Assembly (NCBI GenBank): GCA_035593545.1
Contig: DAOSWK010000001.1
Coordinates: forward strand, 1 to 58,906
Length of the DNA stretch: 58,906 bases
Source: Oscillospiraceae bacterium
GTDB lineage: Bacteria > Bacillota > Clostridia > Oscillospirales > Ruminococcaceae
Direction: 5' to 3'
The notes beneath the pieces are model-generated. The model was not told the origin of the DNA. It saw nothing but the letters and a program-made list of their open reading frames with translations, and did no database searches. Both the position numbers and the translations under genes were made by a program. Shown here in pieces: positions 35,659-43,316 of this stretch; the first letter of the stretch is position 1; each line of letters begins with the position of its first letter.

Positions 35659-35821
35659 GGATTTTCCCTCCGAATCGCAAATTTGTTCAAAAACAGTGTA
35701 TGTCTTTTTCACTTCGCTATGTGAGGGAAAATCCGTTAATTCAAAAAGTCGGCCCCGGGCGTCTGTGAAAATGCAAAATCCGCGGCCTATGAGCCGGTGC
35801 CTCATTTTATTTTATGACGAC

Positions 35822-35878
35822 GTTTCGTGTGGGCTTGACGAAGCCAAAATCCCGGCCCTCGGCCGGAAAACACGAAAC
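35822..35878. repeat. Y-element A (three-way-junction-forming unit)
   Basis: P1 GTTTCGTGT/ACACGAAAC; P2 GGCTT[GACG]AAGCC; P3 CCGGCC[CTC]GGCCGG. All pairs Watson-Crick. Flanks TTTATGACGACG and CTCGCAAC. Confidence 0.8.
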
Positions 35879-35939
35879 TCGCAACACTTTTATCAGTACT
35901 GCGGTATATCACCCGGCACCCTGTTTCGTTTATGACGAC

Positions 35940-36002
35940 GTTTTGCGTGGTTCCGCCGAAGGCGGAATCCGGGCCGTGCTTTTCGGCCCGGAAATGCAAA
36001 AC
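35940..36002. repeat. Y-element B
   Basis: P1 GTTTTGC/GCAAAAC; P2 TTCCGCC[GAA]GGCGGAA; P3 CCGGGCCG[TGCTTTT]CGGCCCGG. Same flanks as A. Confidence 0.8.
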
Positions 36003-36063
36003 TCGCAACACTTTTATCAGTACTGCGGTATATCACCCGGCACCCTGTTTCGTTTATGACGAC

Positions 36064-36126
36064 GTTTTGCGTGGTTCCGCCGAAGGCGGAATCCGGGCCG
36101 TGCTTTTCGGCCCGGAAATGCAAAAC
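36064..36126. repeat. Y-element C (identical to B)
   Basis: Exact copy of 35940-36002, followed by CTCGCAGC and the era terminator hairpin. Confidence 0.8.
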
Positions 36127-36131
36127 TCGCA

Positions 36132-36161
36132 GCATATGATCCGGCACTCCGGAACATATGC
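36132..36161 (-). terminator. hairpin directly after the era stop (possible terminator; weak U-tract)
   Basis: GCATATG...TCCGG/CCGGA...CATATGC long hairpin, overlapping the TAG by 1 nt. Followed on the minus strand by TGCGAGTTTTGCATTT. Confidence 0.4.
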
Positions 36162-37060
36162 TATTTCTCTGTGAATCCGAAATTGCGCAGAAGGCCCTCG
36201 CGGTTGCGCCAGTCCTCTTTCACCTTCACCCAAAGCTGAAGGTTGACCTTGCAGGCGAGGAAGCGTTCCAGCTCCTCACGGGCCTCGATACCGATTTTTT
36301 TGAGCATGGCGCCTTTCTTGCCAATAATGATGCCTTTGTGGCTATCCTTTTCGCAGTAAATCGTGGCCTCAATGTCGATAAGCTCCTTGTCCTCCCGCTC
36401 TTTCATGCTCTCGATGCCGACCGCGATGCCGTGCGGCACCTCGTCGGAGAGATCGGTCAGCAGCTTTTCGCGGATCAACTCCGCCGCGACGGCCCTTTCC
36501 GGCATGTCGGTGAGGATGTCGTCCTCAAAAAAATGCGGGCCGGGCTGAGCATATTTGCCGATTTCCTCAAGCAAAATGTCGAGGCCGTCGCCCGTCAGCG
36601 CGGAGATCGGAACCACCTGATCGAAATCAAATTCTTTGGAGAAAGCGGCGATCTTCGCGAGCATGGCCTCTTTATTTTGCAGGAGATCGATCTTGTTGAT
36701 GCAGAGAATCGCCGGCAGGCCCTGATCCCTGAAACGCTGCATCAGGTCAAGTTCCGCTTTAGCGATTTCCCCCAGCGGCTCCGTGACGAGCACCGCAAGA
36801 TCCACATCCGCCACGGATTCGCCGACCTGTTTCACCATGTACTCGGCGAGCTTGCTGCGCGGCTGGTGCAGGCCGGGCGTATCCAGAAAGACAAGTTGCA
36901 GCGGGCCTTTGGTGAGAACGCCGGTGATCCGCGTACGGGTCGTCTGGGGCTTCGCCGAAACGGCAGCGACCTTTTCGCCGAGAAACGCATTCAGTAAAGA
37001 GCTTTTTCCGACATTCGGCCGGCCGACGATGGCGACAAACGCGCCTTTGGTTTCTTCCAT
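36161..37060 (-). CDS. era: GTPase Era
   Basis: ORF 36161..37105 trimmed to ATG 37060 (MEETKGAFVAIVGRPNVGKSSL). G1-G4 motifs and a C-terminal KH domain. Confidence 0.95.
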   Translation of the reverse strand: MEETKGAFVAIVGRPNVGKSSLLNAFLGEKVAAVSAKPQTTRTRITGVLTKGPLQLVFLDTPGLHQPRSKLAEYMVKQVGESVADVDLAVLVTEPLGEIAKAELDLMQRFRDQGLPAILCINKIDLLQNKEAMLAKIAAFSKEFDFDQVVPISALTGDGLDILLEEIGKYAQPGPHFFEDDILTDMPERAVAAELIREKLLTDLSDEVPHGIAVGIESMKEREDKELIDIEATIYCEKDSHKGIIIGKKGAMLKKIGIEAREELERFLACKVNLQLWVKVKEDWRNREGLLRNFGFTEK

Positions 37061-37126
37061 CCGATGAAAAATCCTTTCTTTGCCGAAAAATCCTTCCGGC
37101 CTCATGTCCTCCGGTTTCGCGGCGGC

Positions 37127-37633
37127 TTATTCTTCCTCCACGTCCACATAGGAGGCGTCCCGCTGAAGGCCGAGCTTCGCAAGAACGGTCTCCTCGCGCT
37201 CCCTCATGCGGACCTGCTCCAGCCCGCCGTCCACATGGTCGTATCCCAGCAGATGCAGCACGGAATGGACGGTCAGATAGGCGACCTCACGCTGGAGGGA
37301 ATGGCCATAGAGATCGGCCTGTTCCTCGGCCTTCTGCATGCAGAGGACGACGTCGCCGAGCATCAGGGCGCCGGTCTCCGGGTTATGATCGTAGTTTCCG
37401 TTCTCGCCGAGCGGGAAGGAGAGCACATCCGTGACGGCATCCACTCTGCGAAATTCCGCGTTGAGCTGCCGGATCTCCTCCTTCGAGACAAAGCTGAGGC
37501 TGATCTCCGCCGTCTCCGGGAAGCCCTCGGTCTGGAGAGTGGCCTCACAGCAGCGCCGGATCAGTAACCGTATTCCGGTTGGGATTTTAACTTCCTTCTG
37601 CCGATTTGAGATGATAACTTTTGCGAGTGCCAT
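37127..37633 (-). CDS. ybeY: rRNA maturation endoribonuclease YbeY
   Basis: ORF 37127..37771 trimmed to ATG 37633. HSVLHLLGYDH zinc motif. Overlaps the phoH end. Confidence 0.9.
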   Translation of the reverse strand: MALAKVIISNRQKEVKIPTGIRLLIRRCCEATLQTEGFPETAEISLSFVSKEEIRQLNAEFRRVDAVTDVLSFPLGENGNYDHNPETGALMLGDVVLCMQKAEEQADLYGHSLQREVAYLTVHSVLHLLGYDHVDGGLEQVRMREREETVLAKLGLQRDASYVDVEEE

Positions 37634-38567
37634 TCTCTTTATTTCTCCCTTCGTCATACTTCTCGTAAGCCCTGATGATATTCTGTACGAGCCGGTGGCG
37701 CACGACGTCCCGCTCGGTGAATTTGATAAATCCGATGTCTTCGACGCCTTTGAGCACCTTGACCGCCTCAATCAGGCCGCTGCGCTTGATGATCGGCAGG
37801 TCGATCTGCGTGATGTCGCCGTTGACAACGATCTTTGAATTATATCCAAGGCGCGTCAGAAACATCTTCATCTGCTCGGGCGTGGTGTTCTGGGCCTCGT
37901 CGAGGATGATGAAGGAGTCGTCCAGCGTGCGGCCGCGCATATAAGCGAGCGGCGCGACCTCGATGTTACCCTTCTCCACAAACCTCTGGTAATTCTCCGG
38001 CCCCACCATCTCAAACAGGGCGTCGTAAAGCGGCCGCAGATAAGGGTCGACTTTATTTTGAAGATCGCCCGGCAGGAAACCGAGCTTCTCTCCGGCCTCC
38101 ACCGCAGGGCGCGTCAAAATGATGCGGTTGACCTCCTGCCCCCGGAACGCGCGGACCGCCATGGCCACGGCGAGATATGTTTTTCCTGTGCCGGCCGGCC
38201 CGACGGCCATCGTGATCGTATTGTTGCGGATGGTGTCGACATAGGCTTTCTGCGCGAGCGTCTTTGCCTTGATCGGCCGGCCTTTCGCCGTGATGCAGAT
38301 GCAGTCCCCGGAAAACTCCCGGATCTTCTCCTCCCTGCCCTCCGAAACAAGCGTCATGACGTAGCGAATGTTCTGATCCGTCAGCTGCTCGCCCTGCTCA
38401 ATCAGGGAAAGCAACCCCTGCACGGCGCGGACGGCTGGAGCAACATTCTCCGGCTCTCCGGTCACCTTGACCTGCGTGCCCCGACAGACAATCGCGACGT
38501 TATATTCTTTCTCCAGCAGCCGGACATTTTCGTCGAAGCTCCCAAACAGCTCCACCGCATGCTCCAT
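37587..38567 (-). CDS. phoH: PhoH-family ATPase
   Basis: [16 protein letters not shown] Walker A, ILDEAQN Walker B, 326 aa. Confidence 0.9.
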   Translation of the reverse strand: MEHAVELFGSFDENVRLLEKEYNVAIVCRGTQVKVTGEPENVAPAVRAVQGLLSLIEQGEQLTDQNIRYVMTLVSEGREEKIREFSGDCICITAKGRPIKAKTLAQKAYVDTIRNNTITMAVGPAGTGKTYLAVAMAVRAFRGQEVNRIILTRPAVEAGEKLGFLPGDLQNKVDPYLRPLYDALFEMVGPENYQRFVEKGNIEVAPLAYMRGRTLDDSFIILDEAQNTTPEQMKMFLTRLGYNSKIVVNGDITQIDLPIIKRSGLIEAVKVLKGVEDIGFIKFTERDVVRHRLVQNIIRAYEKYDEGRNKENGTRKSYHLKSAEGS

Positions 38568-38655
38568 CCGGTCGATATCGACAATTTGTTCCGTTTTCTT
38601 TTCTCCCTTTCGGAAAGGATGCGCATCCGCATGATCCCGTAAATTTATTTATTTA

Positions 38656-38664
38656 ATTATAACA
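38656..38664 (-). promoter_or_regulatory. extended -10 promoter candidate for phoH-ybeY-era
   Basis: Minus strand TGTTATAAT (TGnTATAAT form) inside a short AT-rich tract. No good -35 element. Confidence 0.35.
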
Positions 38665-38730
38665 GAAATATTCTTTCTTTTCTATATCATTTTAATTTAC
38701 AAATGCAAAAATATGACGCCTTCCGTAGGA

Positions 38731-38761
38731 AATCCCGGCATCCGCAATCCGGGATTTTTTG
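38731..38761 (+). terminator. orphan plus-strand terminator-like hairpin
   Basis: AATCCCGG (38731-38738) / CCGGGATT (38749-38756), then TTTTT. No plus-strand gene lies upstream. Confidence 0.35.
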
Positions 38762-38837
38762 CCGCTTTTTCGTCGATCCGCGGCGTCGGAATCGGGAAAT
38801 ATCTTTCCCCGCCCGACCCGGATCTTTCGGAAATTCT

Positions 38838-38871
38838 CAAAAAAAGCCGGCAGGTCGTCAAACCCGCCGGC
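38838..38871 (-). terminator. rho-independent terminator after ilvE
   Basis: GCCGGCAGG (38846-38854) / CCCGCCGGC (38863-38871), 8 of 9 bp. Minus-strand U-run is the complement of 38839-38845. Confidence 0.65.
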
Positions 38872-38887
38872 GGAAAAGCGATCCAAA

Positions 38888-39952
38888 TTATGCAATCACG
38901 CGGCTCCAGTCGAACGGATCCTCAAGGCGGCCCCACTGAATCCCGGTGAGGGTATCGTAGAGCTTCTGGGTCAGCGCGCCGATCTCGCCGTTGTTGACGA
39001 CGGCCTTTTGTCCTTTATAATAGAGCTCTCCGACTGGAGAGATGACCGCCGCGGTGCCGGTGCCGAAGGCCTCCTCCAGCTTTCCGGCGGCGGAGGCAGC
39101 CATCAGATCGTCGATGGCGAGGTTCTCCTCGCGGACGGTGTAGCCCCATTTCTTCAGCAGCTTGAGGCAGGAGTCACGGGTGATGCCCGGCAGAACGGAG
39201 CCCTCGCACGGAGCGGTCCAGATCTCACCGTTAATCTTGAACATCATATTCATGGCGCCGACTTCCTCAACATACTTTCTGTTGACGCCGTCGAGCCAAA
39301 GGACCTGATGATAGCCAAGCGCCTCGGCCTTTCTCTGCGCGGCAAGGGAGCCCGCATAGTTGCCGCCGCATTTGGCAAAGCCCGTACCGCCGCGGACCGC
39401 GCGGACATATTCGTCTTCCACATAAATTTTAACCGGTGCAAGTCCGGTTTCATAATAGGCGCCGACCGGGCTGAGCACGATGATAAACATATAGCTTTTC
39501 GCCGGATGGACGCCGACGGAGCTCTCCGTTGCAAAGATGAACGGACGGATATAAAGGGAAGTATCCGGCTCGGACGGGACCCAGTCCTTTTCGATCTTGA
39601 CCAATTCCTCGACGGCCTGTACGAAATCGTCGATCGGCACCTGCGCCATGCAGAGGCGGTCGTTGGAATTCCACATGCGCTTCGCATTCATTTCCGGACG
39701 GAACAGACGGATGTGATTCTCCGTATCCCGATAGGCTTTCAGCCCTTCAAACGTCTCCTGAGCATAATGGAGCACCATGCACGCCGGATCCATCGGAATC
39801 GGCGCATAGGGCACAATTCGGGCGTCATGCCAGCCGATATCCTGATCCCAGTTATACAAAAACATGTGATCGGTAAAATATTTTCCGAAACCGAGGGCCT
39901 TCTGATCGGGTTTTTCCTTCAGTTTTGTCGCTCTTTCGATACGGATTTCCAT
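38888..39952 (-). CDS. ilvE: branched-chain amino acid aminotransferase
   Basis: ORF 38888..39973 trimmed to ATG 39952. GFGKYFTDHMF, EGLKAYR, GGTGFAKCGGNYA. Confidence 0.9.
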   Translation of the reverse strand: MEIRIERATKLKEKPDQKALGFGKYFTDHMFLYNWDQDIGWHDARIVPYAPIPMDPACMVLHYAQETFEGLKAYRDTENHIRLFRPEMNAKRMWNSNDRLCMAQVPIDDFVQAVEELVKIEKDWVPSEPDTSLYIRPFIFATESSVGVHPAKSYMFIIVLSPVGAYYETGLAPVKIYVEDEYVRAVRGGTGFAKCGGNYAGSLAAQRKAEALGYHQVLWLDGVNRKYVEEVGAMNMMFKINGEIWTAPCEGSVLPGITRDSCLKLLKKWGYTVREENLAIDDLMAASAAGKLEEAFGTGTAAVISPVGELYYKGQKAVVNNGEIGALTQKLYDTLTGIQWGRLEDPFDWSRVIA

Positions 39953-40090
39953 TCTTTCACCCCAAATTCCCAAAAAATATATTAAAGAACATTATACCAC
40001 CGGACTTAAGAAATACAATGATTTTTCTGATGCACGGCACGATTCGTTTTTTTGCTTCATAGAATGGACTGAGAAAAAGGAGGTATTTTT

Positions 40091-40831
40091 ATGCCCATTA
40101 TTTACTTAAGCCCCTCCACACAGGAAGCCAACCAATATGTCAGCGGCGGCACGGAAGAATATTGGATGAACAAGCTGGCCGACAATCTGGTGCCGTGGCT
40201 GCGTTCTTCCGGCATCCGCTACGTCCGCAACACGCCTGAGATGACCGCGGGATCCTCCCTGCGCGCCTCCAACGAAGGAACCTACGACCTGCATATTGCG
40301 CTCCACTCCAATGCCTCTCCAGAAGGCAAATATGGTACAAACCGCGGCATCATCGTGTTTTATGCGCCGGGCAGCACCAGAGGAAAACAGATGGCCGAGA
40401 TCTTCGCCAAAAACCTGCGTACCATCTACCCCCTGCCCGATCAGGTAAAGACCATGCCCACCACCAATCTCGGCGAAGTGACCAAGACAAGGGCGCCCGC
40501 CAACCTGCTGGAGCTCGGCTATCACGACAACGCGCAGGACGCGGCATGGATCACCGGAAACCTTCCGGAAATCGCAGAAAACCTCGCTCTGTCGCTGACG
40601 GAATATTTCGGCATCCCGCTGATCTCCCCTCAGCCGGAACGCACCGGCCGGGTCAAGCTGCACAGCGGCAATCTCAATATCCGCAGCAAGCCGAATCTAA
40701 GCGCCCCCGTGCTGATTCTTGCTCCGAACGGCGCCATGCTCACGGTGCTCGGCGAATGGAACGGCTGGTATCTCGTCAATTACGACGGCACCATCGGCTA
40801 TGCCAAAAAAGAATATATTTTGGTTGCATGA
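40091..40831 (+). CDS. N-acetylmuramoyl-L-alanine amidase (Amidase_3) with C-terminal SH3-like domain
   Basis: LHIALHSNAS and LLELGYHDN amidase motifs. C-terminal LNIRSKPNLSAPVLILAPNGAMLTVLGEWNGWYLVNY resembles SH3b. No signal peptide. Confidence 0.8.
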   Translation: MPIIYLSPSTQEANQYVSGGTEEYWMNKLADNLVPWLRSSGIRYVRNTPEMTAGSSLRASNEGTYDLHIALHSNASPEGKYGTNRGIIVFYAPGSTRGKQMAEIFAKNLRTIYPLPDQVKTMPTTNLGEVTKTRAPANLLELGYHDNAQDAAWITGNLPEIAENLALSLTEYFGIPLISPQPERTGRVKLHSGNLNIRSKPNLSAPVLILAPNGAMLTVLGEWNGWYLVNYDGTIGYAKKEYILVA

Positions 40832-40921
40832 AAGTTGCCATTTCTAAAAATTCAGATTTCTCTTGATTATCTTTTCAAATCGGGATAAGATGAAAGAAGA
40901 ATGGAAATCAGGAGGCTATGA

Positions 40922-41560
40922 ATGATGTCCGTATCCGAACCGATTCTGCTTGAAACATCCGTCCGCCATGTTCACCTTTCCAAGGAGCATTTGAAAGTGC
41001 TGTTCGGCAACTCCGAAGATGTGCTCCACAGCAAACGTGCCCTCTCCCAGCCGGGACAGTTCGCTTGTTATGAGAAAGTCGACGTCGTCGGGCCGAAGCG
41101 CACGCTCTCCGGCCTCACCATCGTCGGTCCGGCCCGCAGCCAGACCCAAGTGGAGCTCTCCATCTCCGATGCCCGCGCCGTCGGCCTCGATCCGCCGGTA
41201 CGCCTCTCCGGAGATCTCGAAGGCAGCGCCCCCTGTAAGATCATCGGACCCTGCGGCGAGATCGAGCTCAAAGAAGGCGTCATCATCATGCAACGGCATA
41301 TCCATATGACGCCGGCGGATGCGGAACATTTTGGCCGCAAAAACAACGAGCTGGTCTCCATCCGCGTGGAGAGCCCGACCCGTTCCCTGACCTTTGACGA
41401 CGTCATCATCCGTGTCAGCACGAGCGCAGGGCTCGCCATCCATATCGATACCGACGAGTCCAACGCGGCAGGAGGCACCGCCACCACCGCCGTGATCGTG
41501 GACGCTCGCCGGGAGGAAGAGGATGCCGCTCCGGAATACGATTTCAGTTTACAGGAATAA
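40922..41560 (+). CDS. pduL: PduL-type phosphate acyltransferase (phosphate propanoyltransferase)
   Basis: Duplicated PduL signature: SVRHVHLS...GQFA and QRHIHMTP...IHIDTDESNAAG. Confidence 0.85.
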   Translation: MMSVSEPILLETSVRHVHLSKEHLKVLFGNSEDVLHSKRALSQPGQFACYEKVDVVGPKRTLSGLTIVGPARSQTQVELSISDARAVGLDPPVRLSGDLEGSAPCKIIGPCGEIELKEGVIIMQRHIHMTPADAEHFGRKNNELVSIRVESPTRSLTFDDVIIRVSTSAGLAIHIDTDESNAAGGTATTAVIVDARREEEDAAPEYDFSLQE

Positions 41561-41605
41561 TCCGCTCACCGATACATAGCTTCTCAGGGGCCACATCCGG
41601 CTGCT

Positions 41606-41650
41606 GCGACGAGTTTTCGTGTGCGCGAAGCAACACCGACGGCCATTTTG
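41606..41650. repeat. Y-element D (5' fragment only)
   Basis: GCGACGAG-TTTTC, P2 GTGTGC[GCGAA]GCA(A)CAC, and the P3 5' arm CGACGGCC. The partner arms are missing and are replaced by element E. Confidence 0.7.
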
Positions 41651-41658
41651 TCCGGGAT

Positions 41659-41720
41659 CGAATATTCCGGTTCCGTTTACGGAATGCCGGTCCGGCTCTT
41701 GGACCGGCAGGGAATATTCG
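41659..41720. repeat. Y-element E
   Basis: P1 CGAATATTCC/GGAATATTCG; P2 TTCCG[TTTA]CGGAA; P3 GCCGGTCC[GGCTCTT]GGACCGGC. Followed by CAGCCCTTTTAGGGCGGT. Confidence 0.8.
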
Positions 41721-41756
41721 CAGCCCTTTTAGGGCGGTTTTAGGCTAATCGTACGA

Positions 41757-41815
41757 CGAGTTTTCGTGTGCGCGAAGCACACCGACGGCCTGCTTTTGGC
41801 CGTCGAGAAAACTCG
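41757..41815. repeat. Y-element F
   Basis: P1 CGAGTTTTC/GAAAACTCG; P2 GTGTGC[GCGAA]GCACAC; P3 CGACGGCC[TGCTTTT]GGCCGTCG. Junctions are 0-1 nt. Followed by CAGCCCTTTTAGGGCGGT. Confidence 0.8.
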
Positions 41816-41856
41816 CAGCCCTTTTAGGGCGGTATAAAAAAGAAAGGAACTAAAAA

Positions 41857-42429
41857 ATGAGTGAATTGGACACGCTGCGCCGGGAATGCCTCGACTGCCG
41901 GAAGTGCGGCCTGTGCGAAACCAGGAACAACGTGGTCTTCGGTACGGGGAATCCGAATGCAAGGGTGATGTTTATCGGCGAAGGCCCCGGCGAACAGGAG
42001 GACCTGACCGGCCAGCCTTTCGTCGGGCGTGGCGGTATACTTCTGGACAAGATGCTGGCGGCGGTGGATCTCTCGCGGGATAAAAATATTTACATAGCAA
42101 ATATGGTCAAATGCCGCCCTCCGAAAAACCGTGATCCGGAGGAGGAAGAGGTTCAGGCCTGCCGCGCGTGGCTGCGGGAACAGATCCGTCTGATCGACCC
42201 GAAATTGATCGTCTGCCTCGGCAGGATCGCGGCGTTTCGTTTCATTGGGCCGGATTTTCGCGTCACAAAGGAACATGGGCAGTGGAAAGAGGTCGACGGC
42301 CGGCTCGTGATGGGTACTTTCCGCCCTGCCGCCCTGCTGCGCAACCCGCATCAGAAACCGGAAGGCATGGAGGATTTTTTCGCTCTCGAAGAAAAAATCC
42401 GGGAGGTCTGTCCGGAAACCTACGAATGA
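41857..42429 (+). CDS. uracil-DNA glycosylase, family 4
   Basis: CRKCGLCETRNNVVFGTGNPNARVMFIGEGPG and NMVKCRPPKNRDP motifs. Confidence 0.9.
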   Translation: MSELDTLRRECLDCRKCGLCETRNNVVFGTGNPNARVMFIGEGPGEQEDLTGQPFVGRGGILLDKMLAAVDLSRDKNIYIANMVKCRPPKNRDPEEEEVQACRAWLREQIRLIDPKLIVCLGRIAAFRFIGPDFRVTKEHGQWKEVDGRLVMGTFRPAALLRNPHQKPEGMEDFFALEEKIREVCPETYE

Positions 42430-42504
42430 TTCTCATCGTTTCAAGCTTCAGTGGCTCGCCAAAAGCGGTCTGCTCAAGACCCGAGACTTGCTTCACAAAA
42501 CATT

Positions 42505-42541
42505 AAAAAAGGGGAAGCGCCGTTCCGCTTCCCCTTTTTTT
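42505..42541. terminator. bidirectional rho-independent terminator
   Basis: GGGGAAGCG (42511-42519) / CGCTTCCCC (42526-42534), perfect 9 bp, with six A before and seven T after. Confidence 0.8.
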
Positions 42542-42600
42542 GAAATCAATCCTGTGAAAAAAGATATTTTTTGCTTTCGGCGCATAGCTTTTTTGCGGTG

Positions 42601-42771
42601 ATGCTTATGAATTCCTGCGAAACCGCAGCGGCAGTGACGGCGCTGGCCATCCTCCTCCATCAGAATCTTTCGTCTGAGGCGGCAGCCTATCTGTCGGCCG
42701 TCCTTGTCTCGATCGGCGACCAACTGACCCTTCTGGCGGCCGCGGAGGCCTGCTTTGAGCAAAAGGAATAA
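42601..42771 (+). CDS. small Ala/Leu-rich hypothetical protein (56 aa)
   Basis: ORF 42571..42771 trimmed to ATG 42601. Possible promoter TTGAAA (42540-42545), 17 nt, GATATT (42563-42568). No SD. Helical-looking ...AAAVTALAILL...LLAAAEAC. Confidence 0.4.
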   Translation: MLMNSCETAAAVTALAILLHQNLSSEAAAYLSAVLVSIGDQLTLLAAAEACFEQKE

Positions 42772-42970
42772 TTTTTCCCCTTCGACCGGAATCCGCCGTT
42801 TTAAAGAAAAGCCCGTTCCGCCGTGCCCCATTCTCCGGCGCCAAAAATCTCTTCGCTGTCTCCGGTCTCGTGCTTATGATCTTTCCGGCGCAAAGAGAAT
42901 TTCCCCGGTCGCCGTCGGCTTCACGCCCATGATTTCCCCTCATTTTCCGATGCAAAAAGAATCCAAAACG

Positions 42971-43007
42971 GAAAAAGACCTCCGCCGAAAAGCAGGGGTC
43001 TTTTTTT
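42971..43007. terminator. bidirectional rho-independent terminator
   Basis: AGACCTC (42976-42982) / GGGGTCT (42995-43001) with A-run and T-run flanks. Serves the convergent small genes. Confidence 0.6.
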
Positions 43008-43054
43008 AATATGTAGGAGCAGTGGAAAGCGCGCCGGATTCTTATCGGAACCGA

Positions 43055-43243
43055 TCAGCGTTTCTTTCCCAGAAGAATAAAAACGAGAATACCGAGCGCG
43101 GAAAAAACCGCGACGCCGATGACGATGAATAGCAAGGTACGATTGCCGCCGGTATCGGGATTGAGCGGCACCGCACAAGCGTTTATCACGCCGGCCAGGA
43201 GCAGAATCAGAGTCTCATACAGAGCGAAAAACCGTTTTTTCAT
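43055..43243 (-). CDS. 62-aa ORF consisting only of a signal peptide plus a sortase-type cell-wall sorting signal
   Basis: MKKRFFALYETLILLLAGVINACA | VPL | NPDTG | hydrophobic LLFIVIGVAVFSALGILVFILLG | KKR. AAGGAGAG SD 4 nt from the ATG, with its own promoter and terminator. Confidence 0.55.
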   Translation of the reverse strand: MKKRFFALYETLILLLAGVINACAVPLNPDTGGNRTLLFIVIGVAVFSALGILVFILLGKKR

Positions 43244-43287
43244 AGCTCTCCTTTCCGGGGTATGCAGATACTCCCAAACGCAGTTCC

Positions 43288-43316
43288 ATTTTACAGGATA
43301 TACGCCTCGTTGTCAA
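43288..43316 (-). promoter_or_regulatory. near-consensus sigma-A promoter of the mini sorting-signal ORF
   Basis: Minus strand TTGACA (43316-43311), 17 nt, TAAAAT (43293-43288). Confidence 0.6.

Larger units (their letters stand above)
35879..36126. repeat. perfect 124-bp tandem duplication (2 copies: linker + Y-element)
   Basis: 35879-36002 is identical base for base to 36003-36126. Confidence 0.95.

Noticed and set aside
35810-36130. CRISPR array interpretation of the 35.8-36.1 kb repeats.
   Set aside because: The would-be spacers (61-nt linkers) are identical to each other, while the would-be repeats differ (A versus B). Units are about 60 nt with three helices. Only 2-3 units are present, and no cas genes are in the window.
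35814-36174. ORFs 35814..36059, 35932..36174 and 35893..36147 inside the repeat array, each starting at the repeated ATGACGACG.
   Set aside because: The repeat period is 124 bp (not divisible by 3), so each unit is read in a different frame. There is no SD. The sequence constraint is on base-pairing, not codons.
35822-41815. Hammerhead or other small self-cleaving ribozyme, tRNA-like element, or integron attC site as explanations of the three-way-junction elements.
   Set aside because: The junction strands are 0-5 nt long and lack the CUGAUGA/GAAA hammerhead core. There is no D-arm or T-loop consensus. The outer stems read GTT...AAC at the element ends rather than the attC arrangement RYYYAAC...GTTRRRY, and no integrase or cassettes are present.
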